A stretch of 64,000 bases of DNA from positions 87,780 to 151,779 of the forward strand of contig JAPLDQ010000019.1 in NCBI GenBank assembly GCA_026391675.1, in the 5' to 3' direction. The notes under the pieces are model-generated. The model worked only from the letters and a program-made list of their open reading frames with translations. It was not told the DNA's origin and searched no databases. Each line of letters begins with the position of its first letter. Within the stretch, counting starts at the first letter, position 1. Position numbers and translations under genes: made by a program. Source of the DNA: Bacteroidota bacterium (GTDB lineage: Bacteria; Bacteroidota; Bacteroidia; Bacteroidales; JACABE01). Shown piece by piece: positions 39,870 through 49,040 of this stretch.

Positions 39870-41951
39870 TTAATAACCTCCGTTACGTTTTCTTAAAAAC
39901 CATTCAGAAGTTAACAAGGCAATAATAAGAATTAAAATCCAGTATAAATTAACCAAATCATTAAAGCGTTTCTGCGTATATTTTACAACTTTAATATCTT
40001 CTCTGTTATTCAACAAATCTGTCAACTTATCCAGTTCATTTGGATACAACATTTCGCCACCGTGTTTTTTAGCGATATTGTATAATAATTGATGATTAGC
40101 AACGGTATTCACAAATTCAATATCTTCTGCAACAACTGTAAAGGATCCGTTCTGAGTCAGGGTTTTGCTTTTTTGTTTTACAGTGGACTGATATTTATAA
40201 TCACCTACCGGAAAACTGCCTGCATTTAAATGATAGGCATTGGAAGTTTTACTAAACTGATAAGGGAATTTTTTTCCTTCTTTATTTGTAATAATCAGGT
40301 TTAAATCAGCGTCATTAACCAATTCATAGCTATCGTTATATAATTCAGCATCAAATTCTATAGCCTGATTTTCGTTAAAAACATGATTACCGATTACCCT
40401 GAACAAGCCTTTATCCACCTTAACAGACAGATATTGAACAGTTTTACAGATAATTTCATCAAATGCTTCAGTATTGTTTCTTTGGGCATAATTTGCCAGT
40501 TTCCATTTCCATAAGCCTTCGCCTGTAATTATTCCTGTTTTATTATTCAACGACTGATTAAATAAAATTAAAGGCTGATTACTGACTATATTACCAATTT
40601 TTTGCATTATAAAAGGCTCAGCAGAAGTAACTTGCTGATAGTTGCCAAAAGGAGAACTTAAAGGTGGAAAATTATTCAGCATTTTACGGCATTCATCACT
40701 TACAGTAAAATAAGAGAATTCATTTGAAACTGAAGGCAATGCATCATTGTAATTCTGATTTTTCACAACAATATTTAATCCGCTTTGTAAAGTATTGAAT
40801 TGTGTTATATTACTCTGAGCTCCTAAAATGTAAAGCAAAGGCAAATTTGTTTTTTGTATTGCATTGAAAATCCTGCTTGAATTTACTGTAATTGCAGGCA
40901 GCTGATGTAAAATTACCAGATTATAATCTGTAATTGTTTTATTAAAATCATTGGCCAATGAAACTTCAACTTCATAATTCTTATTGTTTTCGAGGCTTTG
41001 TTTAATTGCAGAAACATCAGGATGAGGATAAGCAGCTAAAATTAAAATTTTCTGGCGGGCATCCAGCACTTCTATAAAAATATCCTTACGGTTGTTACTC
41101 AGAGTCAACTCTCCGCTAACCGGTGTAATGCTGATGGTATAACGCTGTAAACCGCTTTCTTTAGCTTCAGTTACAACATTTACTGTTTCAATATACTCAT
41201 CACTACTGAAATTAATAGTTTTATTAAAAATCTCTTTTTCTCCGTGCTTTACAATTAATTTTGAAGATAAGCCCTTTGCTTTATTGGCATTCACGAGAAT
41301 TTCAAGCGGAAAAGTATTGCCTAAATAGGTAATGCGGTTAAAGTTCACTTTTTGTATCAGTAAATCCTTGTGAACACTCGTATCGCCTAATGCGATGGTA
41401 TAAAAAGGAACTTTGATTTTATCAGCAACATACAAAGGATTGCTGCCTTTATTGTAAATACCGTCACTGGCAAGTATTATTGCTCCTATATTACGATTGG
41501 TATATCTGGTAATCAGTTCATCAAATACATTGGAAATATCAGTTTGCTTTCCGTTAAAAGCAAAATTCAGTTCCTCATGCATTTTATCATCAAAACTAAA
41601 AGTCTTAACCTCATACTTTTTTTCGAGTGTTGATATTAAACTTTCAAGCTTTTTGCGGTATTCAGTTTTATAAAACAAAGAATCTTTAGCAACTGCGATG
41701 GATTGAGAATTATCCTGTACAACAACAATAACAGGTTTTTCGTTATTTTGTGTTACTATTTTGATTAAAGGAGAAAGCAATAAAAAAGCAAGTAAAAAAA
41801 CAGTAAGAAAACGAAGAACAGCCATTGACTTCTGAAGCAATGGCGAATACATACTGCTTTTGTTTTTATAGTATAAAATGCCTGCATATATTAATCCTGC
41901 AGCTACACAAAAAACTATCATCCAAATTGGATATTCAGTAGTAATATTCAA
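39870..41951 (-). CDS. Large membrane-anchored protein of unknown function (N-terminal 2 TM, C-terminal TM; BatA/vWA-neighbourhood-like)
   Basis: ORF track, 693 aa. TTG start at 41951 (alternative ATG at 41924). The C-terminal 'LTSEWFLRKRNGGY' anchor motif is seen in Bacteroidota Bat-like membrane proteins. The family assignment is uncertain. Confidence 0.7.
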   Translation of the reverse strand: MNITTEYPIWMIVFCVAAGLIYAGILYYKNKSSMYSPLLQKSMAVLRFLTVFLLAFLLLSPLIKIVTQNNEKPVIVVVQDNSQSIAVAKDSLFYKTEYRKKLESLISTLEKKYEVKTFSFDDKMHEELNFAFNGKQTDISNVFDELITRYTNRNIGAIILASDGIYNKGSNPLYVADKIKVPFYTIALGDTSVHKDLLIQKVNFNRITYLGNTFPLEILVNANKAKGLSSKLIVKHGEKEIFNKTINFSSDEYIETVNVVTEAKESGLQRYTISITPVSGELTLSNNRKDIFIEVLDARQKILILAAYPHPDVSAIKQSLENNKNYEVEVSLANDFNKTITDYNLVILHQLPAITVNSSRIFNAIQKTNLPLLYILGAQSNITQFNTLQSGLNIVVKNQNYNDALPSVSNEFSYFTVSDECRKMLNNFPPLSSPFGNYQQVTSAEPFIMQKIGNIVSNQPLILFNQSLNNKTGIITGEGLWKWKLANYAQRNNTEAFDEIICKTVQYLSVKVDKGLFRVIGNHVFNENQAIEFDAELYNDSYELVNDADLNLIITNKEGKKFPYQFSKTSNAYHLNAGSFPVGDYKYQSTVKQKSKTLTQNGSFTVVAEDIEFVNTVANHQLLYNIAKKHGGEMLYPNELDKLTDLLNNREDIKVVKYTQKRFNDLVNLYWILILIIALLTSEWFLRKRNGGY

Positions 41952-41960
41952 GTTTCGTAT

Positions 41961-42118
41961 TTGGTTAGTGGGTTAATAAGTTATTAGGTTATTAGGTTAT
42001 TAAGTTATTAGGTTAATAAGTTATTAGGTTAATAAGTTATTGAGTTATTGGTTATTGGTTATTGGTTATTAAGTAATTACAATATCCATTCATAACTCAT
42101 AATTCATAATTTATAACT
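41961..42118. repeat. Short-period arrays: (GTTATTAG/GTTAATAA 8-nt and GTTATTG 7-nt units), then (CATAAYT)x4
   Basis: Read directly. The CATAACT/CATAATT/TATAACT series (42091-42118) ends 3 nt before the fabG stop (42122). Confidence 0.9.
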
Positions 42119-42121
42119 CAA

Positions 42122-42868
42122 CTAAGTGTTCATTGCACCGCAAACATTAATAACCTGTCCGCTGATATAAGAAGAAAGATCAGAACCGAGGAATAAGCAT
42201 AAATTAGCTACATCTTCAGGTTTACCGGTACGTTTTAAAGGAATATCATTAACCCAGGTATCTTTAACTTCTTGTGGAAGCTGAGCTGTCATTTCTGTTT
42301 CAATAAAACCGGGAGCAACAGCATTGCAACGGATATTGCGTGAGCCTAATTCCTGTGCAATGGATTTTGTAAATCCAATAATTCCGGCTTTTGATGCTGA
42401 ATAATTTGACTGTCCAGGATTGCCTGATCTTCCGACAACAGAACTCATATTAATGATAGAGCCAAAGCGTTGTTTAAGCATCACTTTCTGTACTGCCTTG
42501 GTAAGATTGAATACTGATTTCAGGTTAACATTCATTACCAGATCCCAGTCATTTTCGCTCATTCTCATCAACAGTCCGTCACGGGTTATTCCGGCATTGT
42601 TTACTAAAATATCAATCCTGCCGAAATCTTCGGCTACATCATTTATCAATTTATCTGCAGCTTCGAATGAAGCAGCATTTGAAGCATATGCTTTTGCTTT
42701 AATACCCATTGCATTCAGTTCTTTTTCCAGATTCTGTGAATTTTCATCCAGTGCCAGATCAGAAAAAGCTACATTAGCACCATTTGAGGCAAAAGTTATT
42801 GCAATTGCTTTGCCAATACCACGTGAAGCACCTGTAATTAAAGCTGTTTTTCCTTCTAATAATTTCAT
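42122..42868 (-). CDS. fabG: 3-oxoacyl-[acyl-carrier-protein] reductase
   Basis: 'ALITGASRGIGKAIA', 'NNAGI', 'SSVVG..GNPGQSNYSASKAG', 'PGFIETEMT'. Confidence 0.9.
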   Translation of the reverse strand: MKLLEGKTALITGASRGIGKAIAITFASNGANVAFSDLALDENSQNLEKELNAMGIKAKAYASNAASFEAADKLINDVAEDFGRIDILVNNAGITRDGLLMRMSENDWDLVMNVNLKSVFNLTKAVQKVMLKQRFGSIINMSSVVGRSGNPGQSNYSASKAGIIGFTKSIAQELGSRNIRCNAVAPGFIETEMTAQLPQEVKDTWVNDIPLKRTGKPEDVANLCLFLGSDLSSYISGQVINVCGAMNT

Positions 42869-43048
42869 TTTTTGTCTTTATTAAATTTCGTGCAAAGATA
42901 GTGTTTTTTGGTGTAAAAACAATCAAAAATATCATGAAGCCTGAAGTCGGAAATCCGAAGACCGAAGTCTGGCTGCAGGGGTTAGAAGCTTGCCGGGAAT
43001 AATATTAAGATGAGGATTACATAATGTTTTTTAGAAGTGATTTTAATT

Positions 43049-43078
43049 CCTTACTTTTCCCTCTTGATGGAAAAGTAA
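43049..43078. repeat. Perfect 11-bp hairpin inside a repeat-rich intergenic zone
   Basis: CTTACTTTTCC-CTCTTGAT-GGAAAAGTAAG. It is part of a composite repeat that also occurs around 48.73-48.96 kb. Confidence 0.6.
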
Positions 43079-43360
43079 GCAAAAGATCAAGTCTGCAAAT
43101 CCTTTACTTCAAATCTACGCTTTTAAAATCCCTGCGCAATACAAGCCGTAGCGAAAATAATATTATTTCATTTATGTTTCCTTTAAACTTCGCTATCTTC
43201 TGTATTGCTTGCGCAAAGCCACCGCTATTTAAAAAGCTTGATTTGTAACGTAAAGTATTTGAGGACAGTCCAGCTTCGTAGAGATAACAGTACTTAAAGT
43301 ACTTAAACAACTATCTGTTTTAAAGATTAACAATCGACGGTATTATAAGCCATTTTAAGT

Positions 43361-43400
43361 AAATCACCAAATCGCGAAATCACTAAATCACTAATTTGAC
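43361..43400. repeat. Octamer tandem array (AAATCACN x5; reverse complement of the NGTGATTT units at 62472-62527)
   Basis: AAATCACC AAATCGCG AAATCACT AAATCACT AATTTGAC was read directly. Confidence 0.8.
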
Positions 43401-43470
43401 ATTTTTTCTGAATATTTCTATCCTCAACGTTTATGCTTGATTCTTTTGATTATCGTATCTTCTTTTGCAT

Positions 43471-43496
43471 AAAAAAAGCCACCCAAAAGGATAGCT
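43471..43496 (-). terminator. Intrinsic terminator downstream of the small lipoprotein ORF
   Basis: The minus-strand RNA reads AGCUAUCC-UUUU-GGGUGGCU followed by UUUUUUU. The stem is 8 bp including two G-U pairs. Confidence 0.5.
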
Positions 43497-43520
43497 TTTA
43501 AAAGGGATAATATATGGTTT

Positions 43521-43712
43521 TTATTTATTGATAGTAGTTTCGTAATTATATGTTTTGGTATCAACGCTATCATTTCTAATTGATTTAGAATTATCAGGCA
43601 TTTCAACAGAATTTATAAAACGGAAACCTGGTAAACTGACATTTAAATCTGAATTACATTTATTTAAACCTATTGCTCCTGAAAAAATTAAAATAAGTAC
43701 TGACGTTTTCAT
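43521..43712 (-). CDS. Small putative lipoprotein (63 aa)
   Basis: Signal peptide plus Cys (MKTSVLILIFSGAIGLNKC). A terminator-like hairpin sits about 25 nt downstream. It overlaps alternative-frame ORFs that look spurious. Confidence 0.45.
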   Translation of the reverse strand: MKTSVLILIFSGAIGLNKCNSDLNVSLPGFRFINSVEMPDNSKSIRNDSVDTKTYNYETTINK

Positions 43713-43953
43713 GTGTTATTATTTTTATATAATTTATCATTATGACGAGAAGATAAATGAAAAAGTTACAACTAAAACCTGATTTCATTTGTTAAAATTG
43801 TACTTTTGCCGTGCAGCAAAGGCTGCATAAAAAATTAAATATAATAATTACAACTTATAGATATGAAATGCCCAAGGTAAATATTGCAAATAAAGCAGAA
43901 TTGATTATTTGGGCATTCATTTGTACATATAAATTAAATCAAAAAATAAACAA

Positions 43954-45027
43954 ATGAAATTTAGTCAGGGAGATAAAGTAAAATTTTTAAACACAAGTGG
44001 TGGAGGAATAGTTACCAAGATTATAAGTACTACAATGGTAAGTGTTGCTATTGAAGAAGGGTTTGAAGTACCTACATTAGTTACTGAACTGATAAAGATT
44101 GATGAAAGTTCTGCGGGGGCCCGTTTATTTAATAAGGATTTTAACGTAAACCCTAAATTTACACAAGAAGAAAACGAAATTGAAGAAGATGATGGAAAAT
44201 CAGCCTTACAAAAATCATACGGGAACAGCAATCAGGCTGCAGGCGTTTATCTTGCATTTGTGCCTCACGACCAACGCTGGTTACTTACCGGTAATCTTGA
44301 TGTTTGTTTAATCAATCATACGGAATATTACACCTTGTTCAACTTTACACTTTTCAAAGATGATGGAAAATTCTATGGTATGGATTATGATGTGATGGAA
44401 GCTGAAAGTAAAAAAATTATCACCACTATCGAAAGAGAAGACCTGGAAGACTGGAGTTCGGGCAATGTACAAATATTGTTTCATGCCGAAACAAAAGACC
44501 GTTTACTTACGCCTTTAAATGCTGATTTTAAAATAAAACCCAGCCGTTTTTACAAAGAAGAAAACTATATTGTTTCTTCCTTTTTACGTGAAAAAGCTTT
44601 GTTGTTAACCCTTGGGAATTTAATTGAAATTCCAGTCAATCAATCTCGTTTTTATAAAGCTGCTGATAAATCAACACCTGAAATACAGCTAAAAAAATCA
44701 AGCCAGTTAAAATCAGAAACTATTCTAGACAGCCATCAGATTAATCCAACTACTGCTGAAATTGACCTCCATATCGGAGAACTCGTAGAAGATTATTACC
44801 TGCTGGATAATGCAGAAATGCTGAAGATACAGCTTGATTATTTCGTTAAATGTCTTGAATCGGCATTTGTAAATAAAACACAGAAATTGATTTTTATCCA
44901 TGGTGTTGGCAATGGTGTGCTTAAAAACGAAATGATTAAAATCCTTAAAACTTATGATAATCTGCATTACTTTGATGCTTCTATGGCAAAGTACGGTGCC
45001 GGTGCGACGGAGGTTTATATAAGGTAA
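43954..45027 (+). CDS. Smr (MutS2 C-terminal-like) domain protein with a DUF2027-like N-terminal region
   Basis: The C-terminal 'EIDLHIGEL...LIFIHGVGNGVLKNEMIKIL' matches the Smr domain pattern (DLHG.../hGkG.G.L). Confidence 0.75.
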   Translation: MKFSQGDKVKFLNTSGGGIVTKIISTTMVSVAIEEGFEVPTLVTELIKIDESSAGARLFNKDFNVNPKFTQEENEIEEDDGKSALQKSYGNSNQAAGVYLAFVPHDQRWLLTGNLDVCLINHTEYYTLFNFTLFKDDGKFYGMDYDVMEAESKKIITTIEREDLEDWSSGNVQILFHAETKDRLLTPLNADFKIKPSRFYKEENYIVSSFLREKALLLTLGNLIEIPVNQSRFYKAADKSTPEIQLKKSSQLKSETILDSHQINPTTAEIDLHIGELVEDYYLLDNAEMLKIQLDYFVKCLESAFVNKTQKLIFIHGVGNGVLKNEMIKILKTYDNLHYFDASMAKYGAGATEVYIR

Positions 45028-45069
45028 GTTATGAGTTATGAGTTATGAGTTATGAGTTATGAGTTATGA
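45028..45069. repeat. Perfect (GTTATGA)x6 tandem array starting immediately after the Smr stop codon
   Basis: Six identical heptads were read directly from 45028. The TAA stop occupies 45025-45027. Confidence 0.95.
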
Positions 45070-45086
45070 GTGGCACTGGATGTTTT

Positions 45087-45221
45087 GTCATTCCGAGTTT
45101 TAACATTTAGAAAAATGCTTGAAGGTACGATGACAAAAATATAAAATCATTGCTTTTTCAATCTCTGCGGTCCTTTGCGCCTTCTTTGCGGCTCTCAGCG
45201 GTAAAAAAGTTTAACCGCAGA
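45087..45221 (+). repeat. 135-bp repeat, copy 1 (upstream of rnpB)
   Basis: Identical by eye to 45741-45875. It contains two hairpins: TTTTGTCAT...ATGACAAAA and TCTGCGG...CCGCAGA. Confidence 0.9.
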
Positions 45222-45288
45222 AATATCTTAATACCATTTGCCAATTCTAAATGCAAATTCCGTCTTCTCACTTCCGGCTTTTTTTTCG

Positions 45289-45296
45289 TATCTTTG
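45289..45296 (+). promoter_or_regulatory. Candidate -7 promoter box (TAnnTTTG) for rnpB
   Basis: 'TATCTTTG' ends 5 nt before the predicted 5' end of the RNase P RNA P1 helix. That spacing fits a transcription start about 6-7 nt downstream of the box. Confidence 0.5.
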
Positions 45297-45300
45297 CCAA

Positions 45301-45670
45301 CGAAACAACAGTTCGTTCTATCGCTGTCCCGCCATAGGCGGGAGAGAGGAAAGTCCGGGCAACATAGAGCAAGCATACTTCCTAACGGGAAGGTCCCTTC
45401 TTTGAGGGGAACAGCAAGTGCCACAGAAAATAACCGTCCCGCCTTGTGCGGGATAAGGGTGAAAATGTGAGGTAAGAGCTCACGTTCTGCTTTGGCAACA
45501 AGGCAGAAGGGTAAACCTTATGCGTTGAAAGACCAAATATACCGGATGTTAAGGGCTGCTCGTCCGATGCCGGGGGGTAGGTCGTTAGAGGCTACCGGCG
45601 ACGATAGTCCCAGATAAATGATAGAAGTCCCTTTGGGAAACAGAACCCGGCTTACAGAACTGTTGTTTTA
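45301..45670 (+). ncRNA. rnpB: RNase P RNA, bacterial type A
   Basis: Universally conserved P4 strands are present: 'GAGGAAAGTCCGGGC' (5') and 'ACAGAACCCGGCTTA' (3'). The terminal P1 pairing is AAACAACAGTTC (45303-45314) with GAACTGTTGTTT (45657-45668). Internal 'GGTAAGAGCTCAC' and 'GGGTAAACC' elements are present. ORFs called here (45150-45470 +, 45158-45424 -) are artefacts. Confidence 0.92.
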
Positions 45671-45740
45671 TTTTTATTGAGCGATAAGTGACAAGTTATA
45701 AATTATTAGTTTTAAGTTATATTTGATGCTGAGTGTTTTT

Positions 45741-45875
45741 GTCATTCCGAGTTTTAACATTTAGAAAAATGCTTGAAGGTACGATGACAAAAATATAAAA
45801 TCATTGCTTTTTCAATCTCTGCGGTCCTTTGCGCCTTCTTTGCGGCTCTCAGCGGTAAAAAAGTTTAACCGCAGA
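45741..45875 (+). repeat. 135-bp repeat, copy 2 (downstream of rnpB)
   Basis: Identical by eye to 45087-45221, in the same orientation, offset by 654 nt. Confidence 0.9.
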
Positions 45876-45900
45876 GTCAAAAAATCAAGACTTCAAATAC

Positions 45901-46013
45901 TCCCGCACGTGCGGGAGTATTTGAGGTCGGTCTGGCTTTGCAGGGATAACCCTACCCTATTTATTTTTATCCTATGTTGTAGTTGATTTTGATTTTTATT
46001 TACTTTTGTGAGT
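45901..46013 (+). repeat. ~112-bp repeat, copy 1 (left flank of the two-gene cassette)
   Basis: TCCCGCACGTGCGGGAGTATTTGAGGTC...GGATAACCCTACCCTATTTATTT...TTACTTTTGTGAGT recurs at 48850-48961 with about 3 substitutions and a 1-nt indel. It begins with the palindrome CCCGCACGTGCGGG. Confidence 0.85.
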
Positions 46014-46066
46014 GAAGGATTGGGTTAAAACTAAATCGGCAGCTATAATTTAAGTTATATAAACTA

Positions 46067-46624
46067 ATGAGAATTTTAATTTTTACAATCATAACATTAT
46101 TAATTTGTGCTAATAATTGTAATTCGCAGAATAATTCTCCTAACGGGTCTATTGAGCAAAATGCTTTAAATTATTTTGTTGAGAAAATAAATGGCACTCC
46201 AATATATTATGATGGTTTCAGGAAATTTGATATTGACTCAGGTTTGATATACATAATACCCCATACTGCTACATCAAAAAATGTAGGTCTTTCGTTAAAT
46301 TCGTTCAAATATTCAAGGAAATCAAACTTTTTAGTTTTACATGATTCTACTGACTATTTAAAAGTCATTAATTGTGACACTCAAACATACCGTCTAAATA
46401 TAAATCATCTAAGAGTTAAAGATTATTCTAATCTTAACCTGGAAGAAATCAGAAAGCCTAATGACATTTCTATTGTTTTGACTAGCAGATACTATTATAA
46501 TAATTATTATTACATTCGAATTTTTATTTATGTTAAATTAGACTGGAAATCATATGAGGCAATTATTAAATTAGATTCCAATGGAATTCCTATCGACATT
46601 ATTTTTGAATATGGAGACATTTAA
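46067..46624 (+). CDS. Hypothetical secreted protein or lipoprotein (185 aa)
   Basis: ORF track. Signal peptide with Cys (LLICANNCNSQ). AT-rich with Asn/Tyr/Ile-rich composition. No motifs recognised. Confidence 0.55.
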   Translation: MRILIFTIITLLICANNCNSQNNSPNGSIEQNALNYFVEKINGTPIYYDGFRKFDIDSGLIYIIPHTATSKNVGLSLNSFKYSRKSNFLVLHDSTDYLKVINCDTQTYRLNINHLRVKDYSNLNLEEIRKPNDISIVLTSRYYYNNYYYIRIFIYVKLDWKSYEAIIKLDSNGIPIDIIFEYGDI

Positions 46625-46688
46625 ACTGCACATTTAAAATATTGCAAGAGTTTAAAAACAAAATGAATTAAACATCAAAATATAAAAT

Positions 46689-48602
46689 ATGAATAAGCAT
46701 TTATTAATTTTATTACTTTCAGTATTTACATTAAATCTTCCGCTCAATGCCCGTGAAATACATGTTGCTGTGAATGGAAACGATAAAAATGACGGTAGTG
46801 TTTTAAATCCTTTCAGAACAATAAATCATGCAGCTCAACTGGCAATGCCAGGTGATATAATAACAGTACATGGCGGAGTATACCGCGAACAGATTATACC
46901 TCCCCGAGGAGGAATCTCTGAGAATGAAAGGATAACTTACAGAGCAGCCAAAGGTGAAAAGGTAGAAATTAAAGGTTCTGAAATCATTAAAGGCTGGCAA
47001 AAGCTGGACAACGATTGCTGGGTAGTTAAAATTCCAAACAGCTTTTTTGGGAATTTCAATCCATATAAAGATATAATCAGAGGGGATTGGTTCTGGCCAA
47101 CACCCAAAGAACGTATATACCATACCGGAGCTGTTTATCTGAATGGCGACTGGCTGATGGAAGCTCAGAAAAAAGAAGAAGTTACAGCTAAAACAGATGA
47201 AAAGAATCCGCTATGGTGGACAGAAACAGATTCTGCAACGACAACAATATGGGCTCAGTTCAGGAATACAGATCCCAATCAGCAAACCGTTGAAATTAAC
47301 GTTCGCCAGACTGTTTTCTATCCCGATAAGCCATTTATCAATTTTATCAGCATTTCAGGATTTATCCTGCAGCATGCAGCTACCAACTGGGCACCACCCA
47401 CAGCAGAACAGAAGGGACTTATAGGTACAAACTGGAGCCGTGGATGGATAATTGAAAACAATATAGTTCAATACTCTAAATGTGTGGGTATAGCTTTGGG
47501 TAAACATGGTGATGCTTATGACAATAAGGATTCTGAGTCGGCATTGGGTTATGTCGGGACTATTAACAGGGCACTGGCATTTGGCTGGAACAAAGGAACC
47601 GTTGGCGGTCATATTGTCAGAAACAATACTGTTGCCTATTGTGAACAAGCAGGTATTGTGGGCAGTATGGGATGTGCATTCAGCATCATCAGCGGGAATA
47701 CGATACATGATATTCATGTAAGACGCCTGTTTACAGGTGCAGAGATGGCAGGTATAAAATTTCATGGAGCCGTAGATGTACAAATTAACAACAACCATAT
47801 CTATAATGTAAATATGGGAATTTGGCTCGATTGGATGGCACAGGGAGCACAGCTTAACAATAATCTGATGCACGATAACTTGCTTGATATATTTCTTGAA
47901 GTGGATCATGGTCCGATGCTGATTAGCAATAACATTTTGCTTTCACCAATAAGTCTGCTTATGAACTCCAGTGGGGCTGCATTTGCGCATAATCTATTTG
48001 GTGGAAGGACTGATGTAATTTCCTATGATTCGCGGCTTACACCTTTACACCTGCCCCACTCAACATTTATAAAAGCAATGCACGACAATCCCTCGGGAGA
48101 TGTTCGCTTCTATAATAATATCTTTGCAGATAAAGGCGATGTGAGCCAATACAGCAAGGCACTATTGCCGGTATTGTTTGATGGGAATCTATTTACAAAG
48201 GGGAGCAAACGTCCGCAAGCTGATTCAATGGAAAACAAATTCGGCGAACTGAGTGAAAGCGGAAAAGAGAAATTTAAAAATGCCAGTCAGGAAACTGCTG
48301 TTGAACGGAATTCAGTTATTAAACAGGATTTTGATACGGATATTAAACTTATTATTGACAGTGTTGCTGTATATCTGGAAATAAATTTTTATAAGGATTG
48401 GGTGTTACAGCAACAAAGAAAAATTGTAAATTCCACTATAATGGGTAAAGCAGTAATTCCTGACCTGCCTTTCGAAAATGCCGATGGAACACAGATAAAA
48501 ATTATTACTGATTATTTTGGTAAGTTGCGTTATATGAACTATCCTTCGCCAGGTCCTTTTGAAATAATTAAAAGTGGAAGGCAGAAAATTAAGGTTTGGT
48601 AA
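46689..48602 (+). CDS. Secreted right-handed parallel beta-helix repeat protein (DUF1565 / pectate-lyase-fold)
   Basis: Signal peptide followed by 'IHVAVNGNDKNDGSVLNPFRTINHAAQLAMPGDIITVHGGVYRE', a typical DUF1565 N-terminus. There are multiple 'N.I....GI' beta-helix coil repeats. Confidence 0.8.
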   Translation: MNKHLLILLLSVFTLNLPLNAREIHVAVNGNDKNDGSVLNPFRTINHAAQLAMPGDIITVHGGVYREQIIPPRGGISENERITYRAAKGEKVEIKGSEIIKGWQKLDNDCWVVKIPNSFFGNFNPYKDIIRGDWFWPTPKERIYHTGAVYLNGDWLMEAQKKEEVTAKTDEKNPLWWTETDSATTTIWAQFRNTDPNQQTVEINVRQTVFYPDKPFINFISISGFILQHAATNWAPPTAEQKGLIGTNWSRGWIIENNIVQYSKCVGIALGKHGDAYDNKDSESALGYVGTINRALAFGWNKGTVGGHIVRNNTVAYCEQAGIVGSMGCAFSIISGNTIHDIHVRRLFTGAEMAGIKFHGAVDVQINNNHIYNVNMGIWLDWMAQGAQLNNNLMHDNLLDIFLEVDHGPMLISNNILLSPISLLMNSSGAAFAHNLFGGRTDVISYDSRLTPLHLPHSTFIKAMHDNPSGDVRFYNNIFADKGDVSQYSKALLPVLFDGNLFTKGSKRPQADSMENKFGELSESGKEKFKNASQETAVERNSVIKQDFDTDIKLIIDSVAVYLEINFYKDWVLQQQRKIVNSTIMGKAVIPDLPFENADGTQIKIITDYFGKLRYMNYPSPGPFEIIKSGRQKIKVW

Positions 48603-48849
48603 AATAGTTTTATGCTGAAGCCTTTTGATAAATAAATATCAAATGAAGTAAGGATAAGACAAATTGATTTAACCTGGAAATAGCTGACAGATTTTTATTA
48701 AATCCTGTATTAAGTTAACATTTATTTTTCTTTTACTTTTACTTTTACTTTTTACAAAAGAAACAAAAATTCTAGACTCCAAATCCTTTACTTCAAATCT
48801 ATTCATTTAAAAATTCCTGCGCAAGGACACTGCTTTTTATAAATCTTGA

Positions 48850-48961
48850 TCCCGCACGTGCGGGAGTATTTGAGGTCAGTCCGGCTTCGCAGGGATAACC
48901 CTACCCTATTTATTTTATCCTATGTTGTAGTTGATTTTGATTTTTATTTACTTTTGTGAGT
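48850..48961 (+). repeat. ~112-bp repeat, copy 2 (right flank of the two-gene cassette)
   Basis: See 45901-46013. Same orientation. It is preceded (48782-48830) by 'AAATCCTTTACTTCAAATCT...CCTGCGCAA', which also occurs at 43098-43150. Confidence 0.85.
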
Positions 48962-49040
48962 AAAGAGAAGATAATAGCTATTTCGATAACAGGAAATAAA
49001 ATGAATATCATTCAACACTCAAAACTTTAATCTCAACGCC

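Noticed and set aside
42420-42884. 154-aa ORF antisense to fabG; similar antisense or internal ORFs at 47355-47909, 63068-63517, 60797-61132, 58163-58459, 27493-27786, 19910-20227, 8487-8804, 5641-5871 and others
   Set aside because: All are fully embedded in, or antisense to, long ORFs with strong family motifs, and their own compositions are low-complexity or odd. They are typical shadow ORFs.
43024-43310. Overlapping 74-aa (+) and 68-aa (-) ORFs, plus the 60-aa ORF at 43424-43606 and the 75-aa ORF at 43555-43782
   Set aside because: They lie in composite repeat DNA with hairpins and word repeats, and they overlap each other or a terminator-like hairpin. Only the 63-aa signal-peptide ORF (43521-43712) has gene-like features.
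45150-45470. ORFs of 106 aa (+) and 88 aa (-, 45158-45424) across the 45.15-45.47 kb region
   Set aside because: They run through the 135-bp repeat and the 5' half of a clearly recognisable RNase P RNA (GGAAAGTCCGGGC P4 strand). They are best explained as chance ORFs in non-coding sequence.
45804-45986. 60-aa ORF whose first 24 residues are identical to the ORF at 45150
   Set aside because: The identity is simply the second copy of the 135-bp repeat being translated. The ORF then continues into another repeat, so it is not a gene.
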